This document shows positions 1-9,850 of a stretch of 64,000 nucleotides of DNA, piece by piece. The stretch lies in NCBI GenBank assembly GCA_963740085.1, contig CAVUCU010000001.1, forward strand, positions 1,472,001-1,536,000, given 5' to 3'. The position numbers were made by a program, and so were the translations under genes. Within the stretch, counting starts at the first letter, position 1. Each line of letters opens with the position of its first letter. Source of the DNA: Nitrospirota bacterium. GTDB taxonomy: Bacteria; Nitrospirota; UBA9217. The notes beneath the pieces are model-generated. The model did not search any database. It saw nothing but the letters and a program-made list of their open reading frames with translations, and was not told the DNA's origin.

Positions 1-899
1 TACGCTGCATTTAGGATAAAGCTGCCCGCGCTCGGGCCGGGAATCGTGAAGGCTGCAGATCCGCCGATCAGGTCCTGCACGACCGCGGCTCCGCCGTCAA
101 CAGTCAATGACACGATTCCCGCGGGTGTCCCTGCTGCTGAACTGACCATCACCGTCACGATGCCATTTGAACCGTATGTCACTGTAGGCGCGCTGAGCGT
201 CATGTTCGTCGCTCCCTCGCCTACGCCTAAGGTACCGGAGGCCGAGCTTGCCCCGAAGTTCCCCTGTTCAGCATACGTTGCGTTTAAGGTATGGGTGCCC
301 ACGCTTGGACTGGCAATCGTGAAGGTTGTAGACCCGTTGATCAGTTTCTGCGTCGTTGCCGCTCCATTGTCAACACTCAATGACACGTATCCCGCGGGTG
401 TCCCTGATGCTGAACCGACCGTCACCGTCACGATGCCGTTTGAACCGTATATCACTGTAGGCGCGCTGAGCGACATGGTCGTGGGCGCCAGTACTGTTCC
501 CGTGATGAAGATAAAGCCGAATGGAGTTGCCATGGCATTGCCGGCCGCGTCCTTGATTCCTCCATCGACCGTAACGGTATAGATCGTTCCCGGGTTCAAA
601 CTTGACGCCGGCGTAAAGACAGCGGTCGTGTCCGAATACATGACCGATCCCCGGACATTGCCGGTTCCCGTGGAAAGGGTGATCGTTTGCTCGTTGATGG
701 TCGAGGCGTCCACCGCTTCGCTGAACTTTATCTCAATGGAACTGTCTACCGCGACGTTCTGCGCGCCATTGGTCGGGCTGGTCAAGCTGATCGAGGGTGG
801 AGTCGTATCAGCCGGCGGCAGCGGCCCCTTCCCACCGCATGCTGAAAGGACAAGAGTTGTCAGTGAGAGAATAAGTATTATGTGCGAATGTTTTTTCAT
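1..899 (-). CDS. Ig-like domain lipoprotein (Big_5-like domain plus tandem Ig-like repeats), runs off the window edge
   Basis: Read by hand, absent from the ORF track because no stop lies in the window. ATG at 899, MKKHSHIILILSLTTLVLSAC lipobox, DTTPP..SP.NGA..V...FSE.VD motif, and an internal repeat of about 270 nt (about 100-205 vs 370-480). Confidence 0.8.
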   Translation of the reverse strand, partial: MKKHSHIILILSLTTLVLSACGGKGPLPPADTTPPSISLTSPTNGAQNVAVDSSIEIKFSEAVDASTINEQTITLSTGTGNVRGSVMYSDTTAVFTPASSLNPGTIYTVTVDGGIKDAAGNAMATPFGFIFITGTVLAPTTMSLSAPTVIYGSNGIVTVTVGSASGTPAGYVSLSVDNGAATTQKLINGSTTFTIASPSVGTHTLNATYAEQGNFGASSASGTLGVGEGATNMTLSAPTVTYGSNGIVTVMVSSAAGTPAGIVSLTVDGGAAVVQDLIGGSAAFTIPGPSAGSFILNAA

Positions 900-961
900 A
901 GCGAGCCTGGTCGTCGCAGCGACCAAAACACTCCCTCTCTTGTTAACGAATAGGAGCATGG

Positions 962-2041
962 TCAGGTCTCGGTATCGGTCCCCTTTTTCGACACAGGTGG
1001 AATGCGTTCAGCAGGCGCCTCACGCCCGAGCAAAACGGCGACCCATCGCGTGCTTTCATTGTTCTCGCAGGCGAACTTCAGCGTCATGGTAAACGGTATG
1101 CACAGAACCACGCCGATCGGACCAAGCAGGCTCCCCCAAAAGATCAACGAGAGAAATACGATCAGCGTGGACAGGCCGAGCCTCCGCCCCATGAGCCTCG
1201 GTTCGACCACGTTGCCGAGTATGAAACTAACCGCAAAATATCCTGCAGCGGCGAGCGCGGCGTGGCCGATCCCGAGTTGGACAAGGGTGAGAATGAGTGC
1301 GGGGATCGCGGCGATGATAATGCCGACGTTGGGAACATAGTGAAGCAGAAAGGCCAGGAAACCCCAGAGAACGGGAGAATCCACGCCGAGGATGGTGAGC
1401 CCTATCCCGATCAGAACACCCGCGGCCAGACTGATCCCCGTCTTGATGATCATATAGCGCTTCATATCATCAACGAATCTCGTGAACTGGGGAAATGCCA
1501 GCAAAGGATCACCGAGGACAGCGCGGAGCTTGCCGGGGAAGCTTGAGGCTTCGAGCAGGATAAACGTTACGGTGAGCAGGATCAGAAAAATGTTCGAGAG
1601 CGCGGAGCCCAGCCCCCCGAGCATGCTGACAGACAGCTTTATTATTACGCCCGGATTGACATAATCGAGCAGCACCTTGTCCGTGACCCGGATGCCCTTG
1701 GTTGCCAGCAGGGCCTTGAGTGCCGAGACTTCTTCCTGGATGCGGTGTTGATAGGAAGGCAGGGCCTCGACAAAGTTGTTGAGGGACGTGGCTACAAGAC
1801 CGCCGACGATCAGCAGAAGGGTGATCATACCGGTAACCACTATCAAAACCGCAACGACGGAGTGAATGCGTTTCCGTTCTAACCAGAGCACCGGCGGTGT
1901 TCCAAGCATGGCGAGAAAAACGGCGACCAGGAAGGCCACCAGGACCGACCTCGCCTGATTGATGCCCCCGATGATGATCACGAGCGCGGCCATGATTATG
2001 AGGAAACGCGTTACACGGGGAAAATTGCTCTGTTCGGGCAT
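962..2041 (-). CDS. AI-2E family transporter
   Basis: Multi-TM protein with YVPNVG and GNVVEPRLMG..LGLS motifs; start placed at MPEQSN after an AGAGGT RBS. Confidence 0.88.
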   Translation of the reverse strand: MPEQSNFPRVTRFLIIMAALVIIIGGINQARSVLVAFLVAVFLAMLGTPPVLWLERKRIHSVVAVLIVVTGMITLLLIVGGLVATSLNNFVEALPSYQHRIQEEVSALKALLATKGIRVTDKVLLDYVNPGVIIKLSVSMLGGLGSALSNIFLILLTVTFILLEASSFPGKLRAVLGDPLLAFPQFTRFVDDMKRYMIIKTGISLAAGVLIGIGLTILGVDSPVLWGFLAFLLHYVPNVGIIIAAIPALILTLVQLGIGHAALAAAGYFAVSFILGNVVEPRLMGRRLGLSTLIVFLSLIFWGSLLGPIGVVLCIPFTMTLKFACENNESTRWVAVLLGREAPAERIPPVSKKGTDTET

Positions 2042-2213
2042 TGACAAATACCTCTTTGACAGAAATTCTCTCAGTTGGGAGGTCTGACCTGTTCTGAGAC
2101 CGCCACACACGCTGTCAATCACAGGTAAAAAACGCCGTTCTTTTCAGGCGCAGGGTGAAAATTGCGATTCTCTCGACGCATTCGATGTCAGGCTCCCTCC
2201 CGTTTCAGGCGGC

Positions 2214-3851
2214 TCAATGGCGGTCTGCGTAGAAGTCGCGCCACTCGACGGCGCCGAACTTGGTGTCGCCGAGAAGGTTGTAGGCGATACTGATGGTCCC
2301 CACCGTCTGATGCCTGTCAGGCAGATCAGCATAGTACCCATCCCGATGCGATTCGACGTACTGGACGCCGATGCCGTGGCGGCCGTAAACACGCACGGTG
2401 AACGATGCGTTCCCGCGGAAGACATGCTCCGATCCGTTCGCATTGTCGGAGCCAGTGCCGGTGACATAGTATTCGCGCCCCGTCAGGTCGAGCGCGGCAG
2501 CATTGCCGAAGATGAGGCGGAGCGCGAGAAGCCCCTGCGGGACGACGCCGTAGTGGTAGTCACGTTCACCCACGGCGGCATTGCCCACGGTGGCGATGGT
2601 GCCGGCCGCTCCGAAACCGACGCCGCCGAGGGCCGAACCCTGGAGCGCCACCGAGCGCGAGATCCACCACTGGGCTGTGGTTCCGAGCGAGAGTGCCGTG
2701 CTCGAGACGCGGAAGATCGCCGGCGATATGTAGTCGTAGCTCCCGTAGAGGCCCCACACGCCTCGATAGGCGTCGCCAAGGGAATATTTTGTTCCATAGA
2801 GAAGGCCGCGGGTCATGATGTTCTCGAAGGCGTTGCCGCCGCTGCGGGCGATAGCGGTAAATTCGAAATGGAAGTAGTCGAAGGGACGCTCGTAGCTATA
2901 ACCGGGTTTCCCGGGAAGCCCGTAGGCCATGGAGAAGTCTCCCGACACTTCGGGCCGCTTAATGGTTCTTCCGATGCCCTGGTCCGTCTGGTGTGCGGTC
3001 AGGCTCGCGCCGAGCCGCAGGCGCGTGAAGACAGCCGGGTCGTTGCTCACCCATACGGCCTTGAAACGGTTGCCGAAGGCGAGGCGGTTGATGCCGGTGG
3101 ACGGCGAGAGCCCCGCGGCGCCCAGTTCGCGCCAGAATCCCGGCTTGCCGTTGCCCTCAAGGACGTAGCTCGCCATCCGGAAGAGCGCTTCGCCCAGGAG
3201 TGACCCGCCGAAGCTCGTCATGATCTGATCGTTTATTGAGGGCGGTCCGGTCTCTCCGAACGTCTCCCAGACATAGCTTGCCGCGAAGGTATAGCCAAAC
3301 GACTCCCAGAAATTGAGGCCGGCTGACCGGGCGAAGCCATAATTGAACGACCCCATGTAAGGATGCATGATAAAGTTCATGCCGAAGGGGTCGGTGTCCA
3401 GGGTCCAGGGGCCGTGGATGACGTGGTTCCAGCCGGTGTTCCAGTTCGTGCCGTAGACGTCGGTGCCGTAGACGGTGCGGTCAAACCGGTTGAGGAGCCA
3501 GAGGAAGGACGGGATCTCAAGCGCAGGGATGAGATAGCTCTTGTTGAAGCCCGGACCCCAATCAGCCTCCAGCGCCGGGATAACAGGCGCGGCGGGATCG
3601 GGCTTCACGGCGTAGTCCGTATTCAAGGCGGTCTCCAATGACGGAAGAATGAGCGCGCTGGAGCCGCGTTCCGCGGCAAAGCCCGCACCAGGCGCCGCGA
3701 GACCGAGCATGAGAATGCAGGCAATGAGGGGCCACCTGCGCCGCACGCCATACAGGGGTCCGGTCATGTCAGCCGTCCGGTCAGATCCGGCCCCGGTCTC
3801 CACGATCCTGGCCCGCCACTTCTTGAGTTGAGAATTAATCAGTTTAATCAT
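2214..3851 (-). CDS. DUF3943-like exported/outer-membrane protein
   Basis: DPFGMNFIMHPYMGS..Y..ARSAG and WE..GETGPPSINDQI motifs; GAGGAGG RBS before the ATG at 3851. Confidence 0.7.
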   Translation of the reverse strand: MIKLINSQLKKWRARIVETGAGSDRTADMTGPLYGVRRRWPLIACILMLGLAAPGAGFAAERGSSALILPSLETALNTDYAVKPDPAAPVIPALEADWGPGFNKSYLIPALEIPSFLWLLNRFDRTVYGTDVYGTNWNTGWNHVIHGPWTLDTDPFGMNFIMHPYMGSFNYGFARSAGLNFWESFGYTFAASYVWETFGETGPPSINDQIMTSFGGSLLGEALFRMASYVLEGNGKPGFWRELGAAGLSPSTGINRLAFGNRFKAVWVSNDPAVFTRLRLGASLTAHQTDQGIGRTIKRPEVSGDFSMAYGLPGKPGYSYERPFDYFHFEFTAIARSGGNAFENIMTRGLLYGTKYSLGDAYRGVWGLYGSYDYISPAIFRVSSTALSLGTTAQWWISRSVALQGSALGGVGFGAAGTIATVGNAAVGERDYHYGVVPQGLLALRLIFGNAAALDLTGREYYVTGTGSDNANGSEHVFRGNASFTVRVYGRHGIGVQYVESHRDGYYADLPDRHQTVGTISIAYNLLGDTKFGAVEWRDFYADRH

Positions 3852-3906
3852 GGTCAAATACCTCCTCGATCCTTCCAATCAACCCTGACGTTCAGCTTGG
3901 ACAAGG

Positions 3907-4095
3907 CTATTTTCCCTTGGCCTCTTCCTGGATTTTCTTACCGGCCTTTTCGACCTGATCTCCGCCTTTTTCAACCGTCTTGTCGATGCTCTTGCCGGCG
4001 CGCTCCATAGGTCCCTCTTTTTTACACCCGGATATCCCCATAAGCAGTAAACTCACGACCAGCGCTGCAATGATATTCTTCGAGATCTTTATCAT
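3907..4095 (-). CDS. small lipoprotein
   Basis: Lipobox ISGC followed by KKEGPMERAGKSIDK; AAGGAG RBS. Confidence 0.8.
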   Translation of the reverse strand: MIKISKNIIAALVVSLLLMGISGCKKEGPMERAGKSIDKTVEKGGDQVEKAGKKIQEEAKGK

Positions 4096-4268
4096 TTGTA
4101 TCTCCTTTTGCGACAGTCATTTATCCATACAACGTTTGATCCGTTTTTTGATTCTGTTACTGCTGTCACCTGCGCTTTCACATATTCCATATAATTCTGC
4201 ATATCCTCGCTGGTCCAGTCCGGCGGCTTCTTACCAGTTTGTGCTACGAATTGTTCCAGGAGTTTCAT
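4092..4268 (-). CDS. 58-aa hypothetical microprotein
   Basis: Read by hand: MKLLEQFVAQTGKKPPDWTSEDMQNYMEYVK..RRYK*. GGAGG RBS and ATGA overlap with the next gene. Confidence 0.55.
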   Translation of the reverse strand: MKLLEQFVAQTGKKPPDWTSEDMQNYMEYVKAQVTAVTESKNGSNVVWINDCRKRRYK

Positions 4269-4417
4269 GGATCATTTCCTCCCTCTCGTTCGTGCATCGA
4301 CAGTTCTTCTCGCCGTTGCACTTCACTGCACCATAAGGGTTTGTCAGCTTCGGCGGGAGCCGCGCCATCTCCGTGGCCGTATGCGTTGGATCTTTCATGG
4401 ATTGTCCGTTGATCCTT

Positions 4418-4963
4418 TTATTTTGTCTCTTGCAGCTTCAAGAGGCTCTTAACGGATTTAACCCCCTTAATTTCCTTGATCTTTTCAACGAGTCGTGCCT
4501 CGGTCTCCCTGCTGTTCACAAAACCCTGGAGAACGACTTCTCCCTTTGTCGTCGTCACATCGATCTTCAGATAATGGGCATCCGGGTCTGCAACGATTAT
4601 CCCGTTAACCTGCGTCGTGGTCGTCGCGTCGTCCATAAATTCACCCGCTGTTTCGGTCTTCTGTGTGGACAGGAGGCTCTTTACGGATTTAACACCCTTA
4701 ATTTCCTTGATCTTTCCTACGAGCCGCGCTTCGGTGTCCTTGCTGTTCACATAACCCTGGAGAACAACCTCTCCCTTCGTTGTCGTCACATCGATCTTCA
4801 GAAAATGAGCATCCGGGTCTGCAATTACTATCGAATTAACTTTTGACGTAATCGTCGAGTCGTCCACATATTCACCTGTTGTTTCGCCCTTGAGCGTGGC
4901 GCAGCCTGAAAACAAGGCCACGCTTAAAACCATTAATACTACCGACAGAATGATCTTTTTCAT
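4418..4963 (-). CDS. BON-domain lipoprotein (two BON domains, OsmY-like)
   Basis: Lipobox FSGC and two near-identical DD.TIT.KV...IDVTTTKGEVVLQG..GVKSV repeats. Confidence 0.9.
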   Translation of the reverse strand: MKKIILSVVLMVLSVALFSGCATLKGETTGEYVDDSTITSKVNSIVIADPDAHFLKIDVTTTKGEVVLQGYVNSKDTEARLVGKIKEIKGVKSVKSLLSTQKTETAGEFMDDATTTTQVNGIIVADPDAHYLKIDVTTTKGEVVLQGFVNSRETEARLVEKIKEIKGVKSVKSLLKLQETK

Positions 4964-5123
4964 TTTTCTTCTCCTTATTTATATTTTCTGCAATTAAATT
5001 CAAGTGTCTGTCTGAAACTCCCAAGAGAGCCGAGAGAATAAATTCTTCTGAGTCCACCTTCTTTCAACGCTGACAATGAGGACGCTGCTGTTCCCGCCGG
5101 TGTCAACCCGGTCTTTTCTTCTC

Positions 5124-5444
5124 TCACGCCCGCGCCGCTGTTATTGCCTCAAGCCCTGCTGTGGACCCAACGGTATTGAACCTGATGACCGGCTCTGCGC
5201 GGAGCAGCCTCATCGCCCCGTTCAAAACGCCGAAATGGTCTGACCGCAGATGGTTGTCCAGGTCCGCCCTGGTCTTCCACTCCTCTTCAAAGAAGAAGAC
5301 GCGTTCGTCCTCCACATCCACGTAGCAGTTGCAGCTTATGCAGCCATGCTCGCGCCGGATCGGGCCAAGTATCGCTTTCAGCGTTTGCAGGACTTCCTTT
5401 CGTTTCTCAAGAGGCACTGTCATCTTAATGGTGGTTTCGATCAT
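5124..5444 (-). CDS. antibiotic biosynthesis monooxygenase (ABM) family protein
   Basis: GCISC..Y..EEW....L..HL.S.HF pattern, 106 aa. Confidence 0.8.
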   Translation of the reverse strand: MIETTIKMTVPLEKRKEVLQTLKAILGPIRREHGCISCNCYVDVEDERVFFFEEEWKTRADLDNHLRSDHFGVLNGAMRLLRAEPVIRFNTVGSTAGLEAITAARA

Positions 5445-5494
5445 GGCCGATCTCCTTGATAGGTGAGTCGATTGCCGGTACAGGGGATTTCTTC

Positions 5495-6202
5495 TTATTC
5501 ACGGTTGGACCTTCTGTCATCCTGCCTTCCATCCTGTTTTTTTTCTTCCCCTCTTTCAGGTCCTCCCTTTCGAGGTTTGGATTTCCGTGGAGACTCCATG
5601 TGCTGTGGCTGTGACTGCCGCGATTGGACCTTTCCGTCTTGTGGTCGTGAATGTTGCGGTCTGCCTGCCTCTTGGGCTCGCGGTTCTACCCGGGACCTTG
5701 GTCGCACCTCTCGAGACGGTTGTGGTGATCGCGTTCGGGGTTTCAAACCCTGGACACCCCAGGTATGTTGCTTCTCCCAATGCCTGTCCTTTTCCCAGCC
5801 CCTCCAGTTTTTTTGAACTTGCTGGTGAGGTATTCGCTGGTAGTTCCACTGATGCCCTCTCCAGCGATGTTCCCGATAGTCATTCCTCCAGCCTGAAGGT
5901 ATCTCCCTATAAAAAGAGGGGACCCTTTGATAGTAGGCCCAGCCTGAGTCGTAATACCGTGAGCGATACCAGCGCCCTTCCCAGGGACGCCACCACCAGC
6001 CGTTGTAGAAATAGATTTCCGCATCCGCGTCCGGGACCGCGTAGACATACGTCTCGGGGAGCACTATCACTTCCGGGGGTGCGGCAAACACAATAGGCGG
6101 CGGCAGAGATATGCTAATGCCAACATTCACTTCCGCCATCGTCGGAACCGGAACTACAACTCCCAATGCCAGGAGCACTGTTCCCAAAAATAACTTTATC
6201 AT
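5495..6202 (-). CDS. secreted Trp/Arg-rich hypothetical protein (YXWGXW-repeat-like)
   Basis: Signal peptide, PPP-rich linker, YFYNGWWWRPWEGRWY core and a low-complexity C-terminus. Confidence 0.7.
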   Translation of the reverse strand: MIKLFLGTVLLALGVVVPVPTMAEVNVGISISLPPPIVFAAPPEVIVLPETYVYAVPDADAEIYFYNGWWWRPWEGRWYRSRYYDSGWAYYQRVPSFYREIPSGWRNDYREHRWRGHQWNYQRIPHQQVQKNWRGWEKDRHWEKQHTWGVQGLKPRTRSPQPSREVRPRSRVEPRAQEAGRPQHSRPQDGKVQSRQSQPQHMESPRKSKPRKGGPERGEEKKQDGRQDDRRSNRE

Positions 6203-6203
6203 T

Positions 6204-6603
6204 TTATATCTCCTTCTTTGACTGGCCGGTCGCTTCTTCCATCATCTCGGCGACGCGCGATTTCTCCATCCACGTTTTCTCATTTACGGCCGCATGGAGC
6301 ATAACATAACCGATGGCCGCGTAGGCCAAACCCAGGAACAAACCGAGAACTGCCTTTGGATTCCACGGTCCAGGGCAGCAGGATGAACAACCCCGCGTGG
6401 AACAGCAGCATACCAACGCCGATAAGACCGATCGCGAGCCCCGTCCGCATCAGACTGATCATCGACCACCTGGCCATCTGAACGACGTGCAAATAGAACT
6501 TTGCCGCCTCGATCTTGAGCAGTTGAATCGAAAGACGCCGCCAGCTGTCCATCAGCCTGATCGTAATTCCAGCCAGAAGCCCCTTGATTATGTTCTTAAA
6601 CAT
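6204..6603 (-). pseudogene. YqjE/phage-holin-like membrane protein with one frameshift near 6355
   Basis: ORF 6280-6603 (..LLPWTVESK) continues in another frame as AVLGLFLGLAY.. to the stop at 6204. It follows the DUF883 gene, as yqjE usually does. Confidence 0.6.
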
Positions 6604-6624
6604 AGGCCCTCCCGTTGGACAATG

Positions 6625-6972
6625 CTACGTGCGATTCCGGCCCATTATGTAGCCGAGTAACACACCGACCAGCGCAGAGCCTGCGATATAGGGCCACGGA
6701 TTCTGATGCACGTTCTCGTCTACGTCGTGGGCGATTTCACGGGTTTTCTCGACGCCGACCTCCCGGGCATGAGCGGACATCTCGAGCGCCTGATCTTTGG
6801 CAGTGGTCAGTGATTTCATGAAACTGCCTTCTTTCTCCAGGATCAGGCTCCGCAGATTTGTGTACTTGTCAGACATAACCGCTTTTAACTCGTCCTTTTT
6901 CTGCTTGGCCGCCTCCTCAAGAAGTTTCAGAGCTGCTGCAAAGTTCTCATTGCTTGTTTGTGTCTGTTCCAT
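6625..6972 (-). CDS. DUF883 (ElaB/YqjD-like) membrane-anchored protein
   Basis: C-terminal V..NPW..IA...VG.LLG.I.GR motif. Confidence 0.85.
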   Translation of the reverse strand: MEQTQTSNENFAAALKLLEEAAKQKKDELKAVMSDKYTNLRSLILEKEGSFMKSLTTAKDQALEMSAHAREVGVEKTREIAHDVDENVHQNPWPYIAGSALVGVLLGYIMGRNRT

Positions 6973-7079
6973 GACGAACCCCCCTTTTTTTTTGAACCCG
7001 ATATTTTGTCAATGGGCCTGAATGTACTGGCAATGGACACGTTACGCGCCCGTTGGCAGCAACTGGACGTTCAGACCCC

Positions 7080-7271
7080 TCACTTCCCGATATGAATCGA
7101 TGAGATGTCTCCGATGAGTCCGAAGACGCTCAATAGCCATAGGATCACGACAATGACCACTACCACATTCAAAATTTTCTTTATGGTGGATTGCATCGGT
7201 ATGTAGCTGTTGATCACCCAGAGGATCACCCCGACGACAACCAAAACAATCACTAATTGGATCAGCGGCAT
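7080..7271 (-). CDS. small two-TM membrane protein (Thivi_2564-like)
   Basis: LWVINSYIPMQSTIKKILNVVV motif; AAAGGAG RBS. Confidence 0.8.
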   Translation of the reverse strand: MPLIQLVIVLVVVGVILWVINSYIPMQSTIKKILNVVVVIVVILWLLSVFGLIGDISSIHIGK

Positions 7272-7428
7272 GGTATTTCTCCTTTCATGCTTTGCCTGTT
7301 TACCCTCGAAGACGGGTGTTCAAGCGAAGGCCTGTCAGCGCATTACCTTGCATCAGGTCCTTATTCTTCTCTCGCAACTCCCCCCAGTGAGACGAGCGCA
7401 GGGTGATTCCTCATGCTCCGGAACCTCT

Positions 7429-7581
7429 TCAGATCCGCCCAAGAAGCAGGAGGATGATCAGGATCAGAAGGATGAGCCCGAGTCCGCCGCTGGGATAGTA
7501 TCCCCAGTTCCTGCTGTGGGGCCAGGTGGGAAGTGCGCCGATAACCACGAGGACTAATATGATGATCAGTATTAAGCCCAT
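7429..7581 (-). CDS. DUF3309 family microprotein (50 aa)
   Basis: Read by hand: MGLILIIILVLVVIGALPTWPHSRNWGYYPSGGLGLILLILIILLLLGRI*. Confidence 0.9.
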   Translation of the reverse strand: MGLILIIILVLVVIGALPTWPHSRNWGYYPSGGLGLILLILIILLLLGRI

Positions 7582-7641
7582 GTCTTTTCTCCTTTCCTGT
7601 TACTCTTCTCTGCATTTTTTTGGGAAATGGGTCGTACTAAT

Positions 7642-7788
7642 CTACCGCCTCCGTCCCTGAATGAAACCGATCACGATTACTACCAGCGCGACCACAAGCA
7701 AAATATGGATGAACCCACCCATGGTGTAACTGCTGACCAGCCCCAGTGCCCAAAGGACTAACAGTATCACAGCGATTGTCCACAACAT
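7642..7788 (-). CDS. lmo0937-family membrane microprotein (48 aa)
   Basis: Read by hand: MLWTIAVILLVLWALGLVSSYTMGGFIHILLVVALVVIVIGFIQGRRR*; AAGGAGG RBS. Confidence 0.9.
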   Translation of the reverse strand: MLWTIAVILLVLWALGLVSSYTMGGFIHILLVVALVVIVIGFIQGRRR

Positions 7789-7960
7789 ATGGTCCTCCTT
7801 TCTGACTGCTCGGGCCCGTTGCCCGCTTGCTCATCGGTCCGGCAATCTATGCGTACCTGAACTCGACTACCCGATGGTCATTCGGTTCTTTTCGCCATTC
7901 ACACCTTCGCTTTGTTGACGAGTCCGGTGGCCGGGTCCTTCCGGCCGTCGTCCCGTCCTG

Positions 7961-8251
7961 CTATTTAAACCTCGAGCTCGCGTCGTGGTAGGCGGTCTTC
8001 GCTTCAGCCCACACTTTTTCCACGCCCTTTTTAATGTCGTCCCATGCCTCATCGCCGGCAGTTTTCAACTCCTGCAGCTTTATCGTGGCTTCTTTCTGCC
8101 TGCCTTGCAAGGCTTCGATGGTTTTGTAGTATTCGATCTTCGCGTCGGCCTTGGCATTGTCCGCCTTGGCCTTGAGCAGGGCGATCTGTGCGCTCCATTC
8201 CTTCAACTGCGCACCGAGCTTCTCTTCGTATGCTTTTCGTTTATTTATCAA
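7961..8251 (-). CDS. coiled-coil stress-response protein (sll1863-like)
   Basis: AQLKEWSAQI..LKAKA...AW.D.K.G.E motif. Confidence 0.8.
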   Translation of the reverse strand: MINKRKAYEEKLGAQLKEWSAQIALLKAKADNAKADAKIEYYKTIEALQGRQKEATIKLQELKTAGDEAWDDIKKGVEKVWAEAKTAYHDASSRFK

Positions 8252-8293
8252 AGCAGCCTCCTCGTAGTAAAAACGTTACTCCCAAATTCCAGG

Positions 8294-8443
8294 TTACTGA
8301 TGCGGACGCATGTGCCCTGGTCCAGGCACGTGCCCCCCTCCGTGCCCCCGTCCCGGTCCTCCCGGGAAAAATGGAAAGCATGATGAAAGAGCGAGTAACA
8401 AAACAAATACGAGCAATACCATTACCGTCTCTATTTTTTTCAT
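8294..8443 (-). CDS. 49-aa Gly/His-rich lipoprotein microprotein
   Basis: Read by hand: MKKIETVMVLLVFVLLLALSSCFPFFPGGPGRGHGGGHVPGPGHMRPHQ*; GGGAG RBS and lipobox LSSC. Confidence 0.7.
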   Translation of the reverse strand: MKKIETVMVLLVFVLLLALSSCFPFFPGGPGRGHGGGHVPGPGHMRPHQ

Positions 8444-8560
8444 GATGTATCTCCCTTTGAGTCGCCTTGGACTCTTTCACGCGGTAGTCCTTATGCTTTC
8501 AGGGAATACCGGCATCGGTGTCCCCGGCAACAGACCGGTGATCCGATCGTATGCCTGCGA

Positions 8561-8782
8561 TCAGCCTTTTTTGCGGCCCGTGACCAGCAGCACGATCCCG
8601 CCCACGAGCGCGATAGCGCCCACGATCGGGGGCAGCGGAAGCGTTCGCGTCCTGTCAGCCGACATGTGCACAGGACCGAGATCGACGATCTTCTCTCTGG
8701 TCGTAAAGTCAATGCCCTGATACGCAAAGGCCACGATTGCGATAACAATGAGGATGATGCCTAATATCGTATTTGTTCTCAT
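8561..8782 (-). CDS. small two-TM membrane protein (DUF3185-like)
   Basis: YQGI..TTREKIVDLGP.....RTLPLPPIVG motif. Confidence 0.8.
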   Translation of the reverse strand: MRTNTILGIILIVIAIVAFAYQGIDFTTREKIVDLGPVHMSADRTRTLPLPPIVGAIALVGGIVLLVTGRKKG

Positions 8783-9822
8783 TTCGTGCCGCCTCCGGCC
8801 TCCGGGCCGGGTTTCTGCGATTCACGTTCGATGACGATCTCAACGCGGCGGTTGTTGGCGCGCCCCTCGGGTGAAGCGTTGTCGGCTATCGGGCTCCCCT
8901 CGCCCATTCCGCGTGCCTGGATGCGGTCGGCCGGGTAGCCTCTCTGCACGAGGTAGTCGCGGACCGCGTCGGCCCTGCGTTGGGAGAGTCCCTGGTTGTA
9001 TGACTCCGAGCCCCGGGAATCGGTGTGCCCTTCCACGATAAGGTTGCGCGCATGGACCGCCAGCAGCGCTTTGGCCACCTGGTCAAGCTTTACCCGCGCG
9101 GAAGGCAGCAAGGTCGACTGGGCGGACCGAAAGAGAATGCTTCCTGACAGCGTCACGACCAGTCCGCGTTCCTCTTCCTTGACCGCTGCGAGCTTGGCGA
9201 GATCGGCTTCCGCTTTCTCCTTGTCCGCTGCGAGCTTGGCGAGATCGGCTTCCGCCTGCTCCTTGCTTGCCTTTTCAGCGGCCAGAGCGGCCAGAGCTTC
9301 GGCTGCTGTCTTCTGGGATTCGCTCATTTCCTGCTTCTGCTTCTCTATCTCGGCTTGCTGCTTCTGGAATTCGGCGTCCTTTTTTTCTTTTTCCTTGGCT
9401 GCCTGTTCAGCGGCAATGGCGGCAAGCGTTTCCTGATGCTGCTTCTCGGCTTCGCTCAATTCCTGCTTCCCCTGCTTCACCATTTCGGCTTGTTGCATCT
9501 GGAATTCGGCGTCCGCTTTATCCTTTTTTGCCTTGGCGGCGGCCGTGTCGGCGAGCGTTCCCGCGAGTTCAGCCTTTCGCTGGGCGACATACGCGAGATC
9601 TTTCGTTTTGTCCGACTGGGGTTCCTTCTCGAATGACTGTTCCGCCCGGACGAGCGCCTCATGCGCCTTGTGTAATTCAGCGGGCACAAGTTGCTTCGCC
9701 GGACCCTGGCTCGCCTGCTCGTAGGCCGCACGTGCGTTGACGAGTTCACTCGGCGCTTTGACCGCGCAACCGGCGACGAAAGCGACCAGCGTGGCTATGA
9801 TAAAAAATTGCATCGTTTTCAT
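8779..9822 (-). CDS. OmpA-family lipoprotein with DUF4398-like N-terminus and coiled-coil stalk
   Basis: Lipobox VAGC; C-terminal VEGHTD..G....N..LS..RA..V and NRRVEI motifs; start placed at MKTMQFF after AAGGAGG. Confidence 0.9.
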   Translation of the reverse strand: MKTMQFFIIATLVAFVAGCAVKAPSELVNARAAYEQASQGPAKQLVPAELHKAHEALVRAEQSFEKEPQSDKTKDLAYVAQRKAELAGTLADTAAAKAKKDKADAEFQMQQAEMVKQGKQELSEAEKQHQETLAAIAAEQAAKEKEKKDAEFQKQQAEIEKQKQEMSESQKTAAEALAALAAEKASKEQAEADLAKLAADKEKAEADLAKLAAVKEEERGLVVTLSGSILFRSAQSTLLPSARVKLDQVAKALLAVHARNLIVEGHTDSRGSESYNQGLSQRRADAVRDYLVQRGYPADRIQARGMGEGSPIADNASPEGRANNRRVEIVIERESQKPGPEAGGGTK

Positions 9823-9850
9823 AATATCCTCCTTTTGGGTTGCGATTGGG

